Source: Octopus sinensis
Lineage: Eukaryota
Reading direction: 5' to 3'
Assembly (NCBI RefSeq): GCF_006345805.1
Contig: NC_043013.1
Span: forward strand, 29,202,001 to 29,266,000
Length of the DNA stretch: 64,000 bases
Under the pieces are notes generated by a model. That model saw nothing but the letters and a program-made list of their open reading frames with translations, did not search any database and was not told where the DNA came from. The translations under genes were made by a program, and so were the position numbers. Below, in pieces: positions 52,303 through 64,000 of the stretch. Position 1 is the stretch's first letter. Every line of letters begins with the position of its first letter.

Positions 52303-55300
52303 CAGACGGAGAGAGAGATATATATAGAGGGAGAGAGAGAGAGAGGGAGGAGAGAGAGATCAGAAAAAACTAAAGACATGGGAAGAAAGAGACCAAAAAG
52401 AAAGATAGTGATGAAGTATGGTAGAAAGAAAACGGATGAAGATCATATGAAATAACTAAAGAAAGGAAGAATTTTACTCAAATTTAAGTAAGAAAATAAG
52501 TTATGATGCAAAAATTTGCCTTAGCAATTTCAAGTAGAAATAAAAAAAATATCAAAACACAAGAATTGGTAACATATAAAATGCATGTCACAAAGGCATT
52601 ATATGCATGCAGTGGCGGACTGGGTCTAAAAATATTGGTTGCCAGGAGACCAAGGGGGCCCACCCGCAACTACAATGTTATGATTAATTTTTTTTTTTTT
52701 GCTAAAAGTATTCTTTTCAACTGTCTACAAACACAGCCAGGCTGAAATAATTAATGCACTCTTCCAGGAGTGAATAAAAAATTCTCAAACTTGATGGGAT
52801 GGGCCCCTTAGATACTAACATGGGCCCCCATACATGGGTTCAAATGGCGCAGGGACCCATTTGCCATCAGGCAAGCTGGCAACCTGGACAGTCTGCCATT
52901 GCATGTGTGAAACTGCAGTGACTGAAAACCAAAGCAAACGCTCGGATCCAGTTCACTAAGAACTTAACATTACATCCTGGCACTCTTTGCCTCGGTACAA
53001 AGACTGTACTTTGAGAGGTACAAAATTAAAGGTTGTATATAAAAAACTAAGTTCACTTTAATAGTAATCTGGAAGTTTGTGTTAAAATAAGGAAATGAAA
53101 TATAAAAAAAAACCTCCAGAAAAATAGTACAAATAATTTCACATTGAAGGAAGAAACAGAGGACATTATAAACTTTTCGGACAGTAGTCTTTCGTCAGAA
53201 AAGAAAGAACAAAATTTTGTGAAAAGCATTGTTTAAAATAAAGCGAAAAGAATATTCATTCATACATTATATGCTTACTTACTTCTACCATCTACTTCTA
53301 CCCGATGATCCATAAATCCAACGTTCTGGCTGTTTTATCGCTTTTATATGCAACGGCCACGTTGAACTATTTGGAAACACCTAGATCAGTCCCCTAATTC
53401 TTGGTTGCCTCCTTCTATCTCACCTCAACGACACAAACCAAATCCTCTTTATTTTTAACTCCTGCCTTCTTTTAGGATTAAAGGGTTATCAATAGATGAC
53501 TGTGTTTTAAACCGAGTGCAGTCAAATTTAGGATACTTCCATTTAAAAGAGGAATGACTTGAAATATGATAAAAGTAGTCTATTAGGCAATATGTGTGTG
53601 TGTATGTGTGTGTTTGTATGTGTTTATGTTTGTGTGTGTGTTTGTGAGTGTGTGTTTATGTTTCTGTGTGATTGCTTGTGAACGTTTCTAAGGTTTCAAA
53701 TCAGTTCTTGGAGTATGAGAAGTCATCGATCCGTACGTGTATTCATTGAAATTCCTTTGCAGTTTTTAAAGCCGTTCTACTGAACATGCAACATCTTCCC
53801 CTAAAATGATCCAGCATCTATTTCCGATACCTTGGTGAACTAATCCGTATAAAATCAAACATTCTGCCCCTAAAATAACGAAACATGTGCAATGGTTGCT
53901 CGCTCATGGCGACGTATCGTCAAACTACATTACAAGAATAAAGTGTTAACTCATTGTCCAATGTATCGTGAACTTATATCATATTCTGCAGCAGTTGCTT
54001 TTTGAACCGCTTCCTTCGAATTATCAAATCAGGAATCGATACCGCTATTTCTGTGCTATTTTTTGAGTATTGTTCTACTTGCCTTTTATTATCGACCCTG
54101 TCCTGGTCCAGCAAACTTATAAATAAATTATTTTCAACTGTGACCATTGCATTTATTTTCAAAACTACATAATTCAATATAACTTTCCATTTTAAGATCG
54201 TATGGTTTGATATGTGAGAAAATTTGTCTGCTCTTTTCTAACTCGTATGACAGTTGTGCTGTTGTTTAACTTTAATGATGTTTAACTTTAATAATGATGG
54301 TAACGTTGGTGGTAATTGTTAGGGGCTATTGAAATCTGTATTATCTAATGCAGTGTTTCTCAACCGGGGTCCATATGACCATTGGTGGGGCCGTATAAGA
54401 TTTTGTTGTTAAAATTTATAAAGTGGTTATATTTCTACAATACACAAAATATTTATAACAATTTTTTATACAATTCCTAATAATATTTAGATATAAAAAT
54501 GTTAGGAAATGTTTGCATATCAAATGGTTGGGAGGGTCAATCCGAGTAAAACAGGAGCCAAAGGGTAAAACAAAATGGTTGAGAAACACTGATCAAATGT
54601 ATACGGATTGTTTCTCAAAGACAGTGGAAGTGTGATTTGAGTGAAGTTTGACGGTTATATCTAGCAAACTTGAGTGAAGTTTGACTGTTATACCTAGGAC
54701 TACGTTATATAATATATGAAATGTTCTTTTCTATGACTTTGAAATGGGATTGGAGCGAGATTTTGTTGTTACTTCTAACAAATAGGACGGCCACCCACAT
54801 AAAAGCTTCCTCGTGTTATTTAGTGAGGCGATTTGTACTTTTAGTTGCTTATCACTTTTCGAAATCAGGAGTCATTGTTGCTTAGGGAAGTATTAAGCTG
54901 TTGCTTTAACTTTTTAATGAATTGTATGCACGTAGAAATATGGTAGTGTCATATTTGAAAAGCTGTTATCTGTTCAGCCAGCTACACCCCCCAACCCATC
55001 ACAATTTATGACCTTATGTCAAGGTAAGCAATCAGAACTTTTAGTAATATTATTATTGTTGTCACTGTTGCTCGCTATGAGCGGTTACGTTTCAAAGAGT
55101 TCTGTATAGAGATAAAAGTACGGACAACACCAACAACAACAGCAACAACAAAAACATTTCATCATTTACTAAGTTTGTAGGGCAAAACAAGTGACTTGGT
55201 TTGAATCAGATCAAGGAAAAGGAGAAAGATTGGATAATTTATATGTCAAAAAAGACAGAGCCTTCTTGTTTGACGAATTTATCTGGGAAAGGGTGAGAAG

Positions 55301-58062
55301 AAAGGTGGCATATTGCTTTCTGTTTTTCGCTTGTTTTTTTAAGAGGAGAGCGGCATTCTGTTTGTCTTGGTAGAGAGGGTTGGGGAAAACACTGGCTGAT
55401 ATGTTGCAGAACGTATGCTCCACGACAAGGAAGAAGATATGAAAGAGGGTGTCTGGTTAAATTCAATAACGAAGTGAAGAGACAAGTAGAGTTGGTCCTA
55501 CACATCCCCTGTCAACAGGCCTACAGGCCAACAGACCAACAAGCCAGTGCCACTGCACATAGATATCAGAAAAACTCGAATCAGACTAGAGATATTGGAA
55601 CTGAGCCTTGGTTGGTTGTCTTTTTTGAGCAACATTACAAGGGTGTGGTTAACAATGAGTCGACCCACAATATTCGAAGGAGAGAGTTTGTATGACTATA
55701 TAGCTCTTAATGAACGACTCCGAAAGATACAGGGTTACTTTGAAGCTGTACTCTATTGAGTGGACGAAGAAAGCAGTTAAAATGTACAGACGGTGGACAA
55801 TAGTCGGGGTAGCAAAACACAACAGGAGGACCCTGGAGTAAATGCTATGGTTGCTACAGCCACTGTTTTGAAAACACTACCGGTTTCAATTTCGGAAGTA
55901 ATCAGAAGGTTATGCAGCATAATAGACCTATTTTTAGTGGCTCTTGTACCAGGGAACTGGAAATACTGTTCCCTGAAGAAAGAACCGAACAGAAGCTACT
56001 CGAAGCAATATCATCCCCATACATTGACAGGAGGAAATAAAAACTGGAGAATAGTGGGGAAGAATTAAGAAAAGAAAGAAAAGGCCAAAAAGATGCCAGA
56101 AAAAAGCAAAGGGTGGAGCAATCTTCCCCTAAGAAGCAACTATACACACTGAATTGCTTGAATTTCACGGTTATCTTAAAGGAATATACAAGCTTATTAG
56201 AGCCCATGTTGACTCTAAAAGAAACTGAGTCAAGTCTTGCTCTGATTGGGGATGAGATTCAAGGAGAAATATAATTTACTCCAGAGTCCTCCTGTTGTGT
56301 TTTGCTACCCCGACAGCATGTCATCGATCATTTTATTGCCGAGCGCTGAAGTCCCGAGAGAATACAGAGCTCTTCACGACTCGAGGGAAGTTTTGAAAAA
56401 TCTTCATAGAAATTGACAAGACCGAAAGATGGAGACTCTGGTCCTTCCTATGTTGTGGCTTTTTCACCCGGTGCTGTTGGGTGGAATTTTTGTATTTGAA
56501 TTCGTTTTGGCGTAAACAGTCGACTTATATAACGCATTTGCCCACGTGCTGTTTAATGTGTGTGTGTGTGTGAGAGAGAGAGTACGTGCGTATGTGTAGA
56601 TAAATATAAATATGCCCCCCCACCACACAGATATATTTATACATCATCTCACGTTTTGTAACGTATGAGAGGAATCTTGCGGTCAGTGAAGAAAGGTTTA
56701 TTATTATTATTATTGCTATTAAGGCGGCAATCGTTACCCCTCCGGAAAAAATGCTTAGCATTTCGTCCGTCTTTATGCACTGAGACGTTTTAAATTCAAC
56801 CGAGGTCGACTTTACCTTTCATTCTTTCGGGGTCGATAAATTGCATGTCACCTCAAATTTTGCGGGAGGTGGCTTGTCGATTTCATCGACACCAGTACTC
56901 AACTGGTACTTATTTTATCAACTCCAAAAGGTTGGACGGCAAAATCGACCTTGGTGGGATTTGAATTCAGAAAGTAAAGCAGGCGAAATACCACTAAGCA
57001 TTTTACCCGGCGTGTTAACGATTTTGCCAGCTCGTTGCTTTCATACCTATTGTAATCAAAGGTATTTTACTCATGATAATTCCATATTTTCTCTCTTTTT
57101 TCCTGCATACAAAGATCACACTTTCCAATATGTATTGGGAAGTGTTTGAAGTGAATTGTCAATTAAATATCTTGGCAATGGAAATACCGAATAATAGCTT
57201 GCATTATATTTCTCTGAAGCACTTTTTCTCACAGAATATCTCACAGAATACCACATTGTCGCATACAAATCTATCTAGCGTAGTGATAGTTATATGATAT
57301 CTACCTACACTGTACTGTTGCTTATATGATGTTTATTTATCACACTGTTGCTTACATGCCTATATTATTACAGTTTTTTACGATATCAGCTATTTCATTT
57401 CAACCAGCCAATTCGGCTGTTAGCACTAACAGTTCTTTTCGATTTTGAACACAACATATGTATTTGATAAAGAGCAGTGAATGGTCGGAATATTTATAGC
57501 GTAGGACAAATACTTCCCGGTATTTGTTTCGAAGTTTTGAGTTCAAATTCTATCGAGATCAATCTTACACTTTCATCCTCTAGGATTGATATAATAACGT
57601 CATCACAGTCACATTCTAGAGTCACACTCTCTCTCTCTCTCTCTCTCTCCTCTCGATTTATCTCATAGATCTCTCTGAGACAATCACTTCAAATCTATAA
57701 TAGAAAATAGAATATGATCGCTGAAGTTCTACCAGAATTTGACACATGATGATATTTTTATAAGAAAGCAATGGAACGTACGATGATGAGAGTCCGTATA
57801 TACCATCGTTGTACTTGTTGTTGTATGTACATAGCAAAGGAAAAACTCCTCGAATTGGGTAAGGCCCTTCGTTGCGGTAAACAACCTCAAAATCTTCGGG
57901 TCGATATAAATGTACGATATTTTTATTTCCTGGTAACTTTTCAGCTACAATATCACCAAAGCTTTTATGAAGAAATTCATTAAGTTTCGGTATTTTTGTC
58001 GGCGATTCTGAAAAACAAAAAATCAAAGATTCGGATATATGTATGTATATATATATATATAA

Positions 58063-58145
<83 letters not shown>

Positions 58146-58207
58146 ATATATATAAAAATAGATAGATAAACACATAGATAGATAGATAGATATACATATA
58201 GATACAC

Positions 58208-58276
<69 letters not shown>

Positions 58277-60818
58277 GAATATATATATATATATTTAAAT
58301 GTATATAATGGATATATGGTTTGGTTTGATTACAATCTGTAGAACAAGACAACCAATATATATATATATTATATGGAAAAATGCGAGCAAGAGAAATAAT
58401 ATTCTTGAGATTATAAATCTGGAAAAGTACAGGACAAGTTATTGCATGTGGAAAAGTTCAGGACAAGTTATTACATCTGGTAAAGTACAGAACAAGAAAA
58501 CTTTTACTTAAAATATTGCAGCAAAGGATAAAATTTCAAATAAAATATTTAGATTTAGAATATATTAGCTTTTTAAAGTGGAAACTTTTCCAAGTGTAGT
58601 AACTTGTCCTCTACTTTTCCAGATTTATAACCTTAAGAATATTCTCTTGCTCGCATTTTCCCATGTAATGCATGTTTTTTCCAGGCTCTGCTATTATGCT
58701 AATTAATAATGTGTCAAATGTGTCAAATAGCGGTGTCAAATGTGTCAATTCATTACTTCAATGATGCGGATGACATAGATTAAAAGTCCCTTATAGAACT
58801 ATATTCATAAAAAAGTATAAAACTATATTATCACCCTCAAATTTGAGAAACAAACACTCATAAAAGTTTTCTTTTAAAACTTCATTGCATGAGATTGATA
58901 TCATGAAATTCCTCAAATTGAGCTCTATCATTTAAGCTTAATTAAAATATAGTTTGCTTTTAAAATAAAAAAGTTAATCATACTTAAATCCAGTTTTTTG
59001 CCTTATATTTTTTTATATTTTACCTCACAACTTTTTTATACAAATTTTTGTTGCATGCGGCAAAAACTACGAAGTGTTTCATGCTTTCTTCTATAATTGA
59101 AGCTAAGATAAATATATTTTGCTTTTAAAATAAAAAAAAAGTTATTTAGATCTAAACTTGATTGGTGCCGTTACTTACTCTCCTATAACGTTGCTACAAA
59201 TTTTAATGTAAACTTTTTTCTATTGGACCAAATCTCAATTTTGTTATGCCAAAATGTAGCTAGGGACCAGTCCTCTTCAAAAGTGTTAACAGTTTTCAAT
59301 GTGTTTTTGAACTGGATTAGCAACAAGCTCTGAAAGATGCTGCGTGTGAGTAAATTGCAGCCTTGAGGATATTATTCTACTACTATCGTAGTTGAATGAT
59401 TAAAGAAGTATTTTCTATTGCTACAGACCTCGGAGGTATGAATAACAAAGTCCCTCTCTCCCAAAAGGATTTGAATTTGGATTTTTAAGGTAATACCTCA
59501 TCCTATGAGATGAATTTTATCCGTGTATCATAAAAAAAGTTGTTTTAACACAAAAATAGTAATTCAATATATGTTGTTAAGAACATTCCATGAATGTTTT
59601 AAAGTATTATAACTATTTGGTTAATTAAAAGATCATAACACTTTAACTAATATTGCTGAGTGTGTTTTCAATTTGTTTATGAACTGAAATAGCCACAAGC
59701 TCTGAAATATGTTGCGTGTAAGTAAATTGCAGCCTTAAGAATATTATTCAACTACAACCGTAGTTGACAAGAACGTATATGAAATATTCGAATATCACAA
59801 AAGGTTTTGTTTTAGTGATGAAAATTCAGTCGGATATCATTTCTTGACAAAAGAAAAGAGGAAAGTTTGGGGAGGAGATGAAAGAAGAGGTAGATATGGG
59901 AAAGAAATTATGTAAATTACGCACAAAGAAAAAATAAATGGGTGTTCAAAACAGGTAAATGAAATAAAAATATGTGTATACAGGTGAGATAATAAATTAA
60001 AAATTGATTCTAAGAATACAATTAATCGTGCGTGAGAAATAATAGTTAAAAGAAAAATAACGTCAGGAGTGGCTGTGTGGTAAGTAGCTTGCTAACCAGC
60101 CACATGGTTCCGGGTTCAGTCCCACTGCGTGACATCTTGGGCAAGTGTCTTCTGCTATAGCCCCGGGCCGACCAATGCCTTGTGAGTGGATTTGGTAGAC
60201 GGAAACTGAAAGAAGCCTGTTGTGTATATATATATATATATACGTATGTGTGTGTGTTTTTCTGTGTTTGTCCCCCTAGCATTGCTTGACAACCAATTCT
60301 GGAGTGTTTACGTCCCCGTCACTTAGCGGTTCGGCAGAAGAGACCGATAGAATAAGTACTAGGCTTACAAAGAATAAGTCCCGGGGTCGATTTGCTCGAC
60401 TAAAGGCGGTGCTCCAGCATGGCCGCAGTCAAATGACTGAAACAAGTAAAAGAGTAAAAGAGTAAGCAACTATTTCTGTCATTAAAGACTTATAAACGGA
60501 TAATAAATACTTGAGATTATGTTTATAATGGGGTATATATACGTGAGAGCATGTTTGCCAGTAAAAGAGAAAAGGGTACTCACTGATGTGAAAATACAAC
60601 CATGCTGATCCTATTAACGGCAGTTTGAAAGGACCCGGAATATCATTAATTGTTTTTTGCCTTATAATTGGGTCTGCTGCGCATTCTATATCTGCCTTAG
60701 GTATGTTGAATGTGGTAGCAGTTCTTACAATAGTGCCGCTTAACTGACGAATATATTTTCGTAAACATACAGAATGAACTAGAACGCAGGGTCGCCACAC
60801 TTGCAGATTGCAAGCCAT
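38901..60818 (-). CDS. Mitochondrial-clan cytochrome P450, spliced: join(60818-60584, 58007-57782, 52188-51998, 50826-50625, 48770-48548, 45397-45225, 43788-43710, 41864-41658, 39026-38901); 553 aa
   Basis: Manually assembled. Exon lengths 235+226+191+202+223+173+79+207+126 = 1662 nt, one open frame, introns GT..AG with phases 1,2,1,2,0,2,0,0. Motifs: Arg-rich acid-free N-terminus, [16 protein letters not shown] (WxxxR), [13 protein letters not shown] (ExxR with mito-clan basic residues), FKPNRW (PERF), [10 protein letters not shown] (heme Cys). Family number cannot be assigned without a search. Confidence 0.93.
39904..40109. mobile_element. Tc1/pogo-like MITE in CYP intron 8
   Basis: TA-cagcaatccctcg ... 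cgagggattattg-TA. Confidence 0.75.
40620..41120 (-). mobile_element. Two SINE B-type copies (40620-40790; 40940-41120)
   Basis: Family B core sequence. Confidence 0.7.
41658..41864 (-). CDS. CYP coding exon 8 (PERF and heme-binding loop)
   Basis: Acceptor ttatttattag, donor GTAAGT; TYVKMHHIW...[10 protein letters not shown]...[31 protein letters not shown]. Confidence 0.95.
42570..42780 (+). mobile_element. Decayed LINE reverse-transcriptase relic
   Basis: NLLFADDI motif (ataacctactctttgcagacgatatttgt), with 17-bp duplication tgcagacgatatttgta. Confidence 0.45.
43710..43788 (-). CDS. CYP coding exon 7
   Basis: Acceptor tttcgttttcag, donor GTAAGC; [26 protein letters not shown]. Confidence 0.92.
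44753..45098 (+). mobile_element. SINE family A, 5'-truncated
   Basis: Family A body and tail. Confidence 0.85.
45225..45397 (-). CDS. CYP coding exon 6 (J/K helices, ExxR)
   Basis: Poly-T acceptor ttttccag, donor GTTTGT; [26 protein letters not shown]...[12 protein letters not shown](R). Confidence 0.92.
48548..48770 (-). CDS. CYP coding exon 5 (G-H region to I-helix)
   Basis: Acceptor ctttgtttttaacatag, donor GTAAAT; [21 protein letters not shown]...GCPH...[31 protein letters not shown]. Confidence 0.88.
50260..50545 (-). mobile_element. SINE family F
   Basis: Reverse complement of 34910-35230. Confidence 0.7.
50625..50826 (-). CDS. CYP coding exon 4
   Basis: Acceptor attattcaag, donor GTAAGT; [10 protein letters not shown]...[23 protein letters not shown](R). 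Confidence 0.88.
50960..51665 (-). mobile_element. SINE B (50960-51165), SINE B variant (51220-51410) and SINE F (51415-51665) in CYP intron 3
   Basis: Family matches. Confidence 0.72.
51998..52188 (-). CDS. CYP coding exon 3 (C-helix WxxxR); absent from the ORF track
   Basis: Acceptor ttttctttgattgaag, donor GTAAAT; (S)[17 protein letters not shown]...[12 protein letters not shown](G). Confidence 0.9.
52610..52901. mobile_element. hAT-like MITE (decayed)
   Basis: cagtggcggactg / cagtctgccattg imperfect TIRs; no clean TSD. Confidence 0.5.
54351..54591. mobile_element. hAT (Charlie-like) MITE
   Basis: Perfect 15-bp TIR cagtgtttctcaacc / ggttgagaaacactg; 8-bp TSD atctaatg / atcaaatg (7/8). 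Confidence 0.85.
55803..56314. repeat. 41-bp inverted repeat (40/41 identical) enclosing 430 bp
   Basis: gtcggggtagcaaaacacaacaggaggaccctggagtaaat at 55803-55843; reverse complement at 56274-56314. Confidence 0.85.
56715..57035. mobile_element. Adjacent oppositely oriented SINE B fragments (56715-56830 +; 56870-57035 -)
   Basis: gaggtcgactttacctttcattctttcggggtcgata / ggtacttattttatcaactccaaaagg. Confidence 0.65.
57782..58007 (-). CDS. CYP coding exon 2
   Basis: Acceptor ttttgtttttcag, donor GTACGT; (K)[26 protein letters not shown]...[12 protein letters not shown]...GIYGLSS. Confidence 0.9.
58372..59666. mobile_element. Unclassified element E, copy 2, in CYP intron 1
   Basis: Colinear with 1512-3592; internal inverted arms; partial re-duplication at ~59690-59765. 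Confidence 0.7.
60064..60462 (+). mobile_element. SINE family A in CYP intron 1
   Basis: Family consensus match. Confidence 0.88.
60584..60818 (-). CDS. CYP coding exon 1 (targeting peptide + Pro-rich PGP..PLIG)
   Basis: ATG at 60818 in good context (aaagATGg) with an in-frame TGA just upstream; donor GTGAGT at 60583; [11 protein letters not shown]...IRQLS...[19 protein letters not shown]. Confidence 0.88.
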
Positions 60819-60856
60819 CTTTCATAAATGGTGGTTTGTCAGATTGGATTTTACCT
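60819..60856 (-). other. 5'UTR part of the first coding exon with its splice acceptor, implying an upstream non-coding exon
   Basis: Minus strand ttttccttttctttttctttttAG at 60855-60856, 36 nt before the ATG. Confidence 0.6.
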
Positions 60857-61137
60857 AAAAAGAAAAAGAAAAGGAAAATTGAAAACTTAATTACCTCTTT
60901 AATAAATGATAATCGCATTGGTAATGATATAGGTAATATTAGTGTTGGTAACAACAACAACAACAACAACAATAACAACAACAACAACAACAACAACAAT
61001 AATTCTTTCTACTATGGGCACAAGGCCTGAAATCTTTGGTGAGGGGCTAAGGATTCTGCCAGCTCAGCACCTTAATAATAATAATAATGATGATGATGAT
61101 GATGATGATGATGATAATGATGATGATGATGATGATG

Positions 61138-61181
<44 letters not shown>

Positions 61182-61324
61182 TTCATTTATTTCAATAATA
61201 ATAAATTTTTATTAGCCACAAGGGCTTTTAACAAGGAGCTAATAATTTCGTGGGCGGGAGCAAGTCGATATATTGGTACTTATGTCATCGACCCGAAAAC
61301 AATTTACTTAACGAACGCATATAC

Positions 61325-62110
<786 letters not shown>

Positions 62111-62668
62111 GATAAAAGGTCAGGGAGAAACAAGACTAAGCGACTGGGTGGATTTTGGTATATGACTGGCAAATAATTTCGCCTACCATGGACGAATGAT
62201 ATCAAAAAAAAAAAAAAAAAAGGCGGCTTCAATAGGATTTGAAACAAGATATACAGACTACCAATGCTAAATATCAGAATTTTGTAAGATGATCTACTAC
62301 TGCTTCTACTGCTGTTGTAGTTGCTGCTGTTGCTCCTCCTCCTCCTCCTCCTCCTCCTCCTACTACTACTACTACTATATTCAATGCTATTGGCAATGAG
62401 GTTCGTTGATGAATGGTGGTGGTGAAAATGAGAATGAAAATGATAATGATGAGGATGATGAAGATGATAATGATGCTGATAATGCTGATGAGAAAGAGGA
62501 GGAGCATCGGTGATGATGATGACGATGATGATGTTGATGCAGACGACAATGACGACGACGACATCAATCATATATGCGGATCTTAATAACAAAGAATGAT
62601 GAGATCTTGCAACAAAAAGGTCCTTAAACCAACCGCACCCATTTGCTCGTTTACATCAAAACGATGAC

Positions 62669-62725
<57 letters not shown>

Positions 62726-62859
62726 ATCTCTCTCTCGCAGACACGCACGTGCAAATACACACACAGACACACACACACACACGACAAACATTTAGAATCC
62801 GATCCCCTTCCTCAGTTTTTGTATCACTTACACACACAGGAACACACGCGATAGAATGT

Positions 62860-63900
62860 CCTTTTAAGTAAAATGTACTTTAACAGATCTTCGTTAGACT
62901 TTAAAGATATAATTAAAATGAACTTTTAATTAAAATGTAGTTTAACGCATAATGAATAGAGTCAGGCACACAATTAAGATGTACTTTAAATCAGAATGTA
63001 CTTTAACAGATCGTAAATGGAATTATCATACGCATGATCAAAATGTAGTTTAACATTTCATGGGCATATGAACATGAACAATATATACATGTAATTAACA
63101 TGCATATACACATTATTAAGATGCGCTTTTAATTAATATGTATATATACATTAAGATGTACTTTAATTGACATGTATATATACATTATTAAGATTACTTT
63201 TAATTAAAATGTATACACACATTAAGAAGTTCTTTTAATTAACATGTATATTTACGTGAAGATGTACTTTTAATTGATATGTATATACTCACGATGAAAA
63301 CGTACTTTTAATTAACGTGTCTATATAGACATAATTAACATGTAATTTAACGCATCTCAGATTTATATACACTTTAAAATCGCTTTCAAATAAAATGCAA
63401 TTTAATGTCTGGAATGGACGAATTGATGCAATTAAAGCGTAATTTAATTAAAGCGTTTATGCACATAAATCGAACGTACTTGTTTTTTTTCTGCTGTTGG
63501 CGCGAGGCCTGAAATGTAGGAGGATGGGACTAGTCGATTACATCGACCCTAGTGCGCAACTGGCAATTAATTTCATCGATCACCCCAAAGAAGGTAAAAC
63601 AGAGTCGAACTCGGCACAATAAGCCAGAGGAAATGCATACGGCATTTCGTACGGTGTGCAAAGATGTGCAAACGCTTCTGTCAGCTTGCCGCCTTATAAG
63701 GTACTTTTAATTAAAATGTACTTCAACATATCTTTAATGAACCCGTGCCCAAGATTAAAATGTATGATTAAGAAGTAATTTAATTAAGAAACACCTGAGC
63801 ACAGTCTAAATGGTTTCATGATTAAAATGTACTTTTACTTAAAATGTAGGTTAATGAACTCTCTTCAGGCCTATGATATGATCGAAATATACTTAAAAGC
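62860..63900. repeat. Degenerate ~35-bp minisatellite (ttaagatgtacttttaattaacatgtatatataca), best at 63108-63345, interrupted by a SINE B (63490-63697, minus)
   Basis: Six to seven tandem units plus dispersed taaaatgtacttt monomers. Confidence 0.75.
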
Positions 63901-64000
63901 ATCCTGTATTTGAAAGGTCCATAAGTAAAGAAGGGGGTAGCTTGTTCGAAAAGCATATACTTATATAGCTATATATGCAGTACGAACATGTTTAAAACCA

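Noticed and set aside
53974-54177. 67-aa ORF in CYP intron 2 as the missing exon 3
   Set aside because: No P450 motif; the true exon 3 (WKHTR) is at 52188-51998 with compatible phases.

Overview
AT-rich animal genomic DNA, dense in microsatellites and SINEs. The repeat repertoire looks like Octopus, which is an inference from the repeats rather than a database match. One protein-coding gene can be fully reconstructed on the minus strand: a 9-coding-exon mitochondrial-clan cytochrome P450 (60818->38901; 1662 nt, 553 aa), with all eight introns GT-AG and phase-compatible. Its heme, K-helix, C-helix and PERF motifs are intact. Its I-helix is atypical (ASSVFTL instead of AG(G/S)VDTT), and the G-H region has an insertion with two Cys-Pro-His motifs. 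The rest is mobile DNA: three dead mariners, several tRNA-headed SINE families, Merlin/hAT/pogo-like MITEs, a Helitron-like element, Dong/R4, L1-like and Penelope-like relics, and foldback elements. The most notable non-coding signals are hammerhead ribozyme folds. One is a minimal type I motif in a tRNA-headed element abutting a Penelope RT fragment (4555-4600, minus). The other is a complete type I motif inside a 121-bp palindrome (36769-36825, minus). One SINE family also forms TSD-flanked tandem multimers with an invariant junction. Almost all ORFs in the supplied track are microsatellite artefacts.
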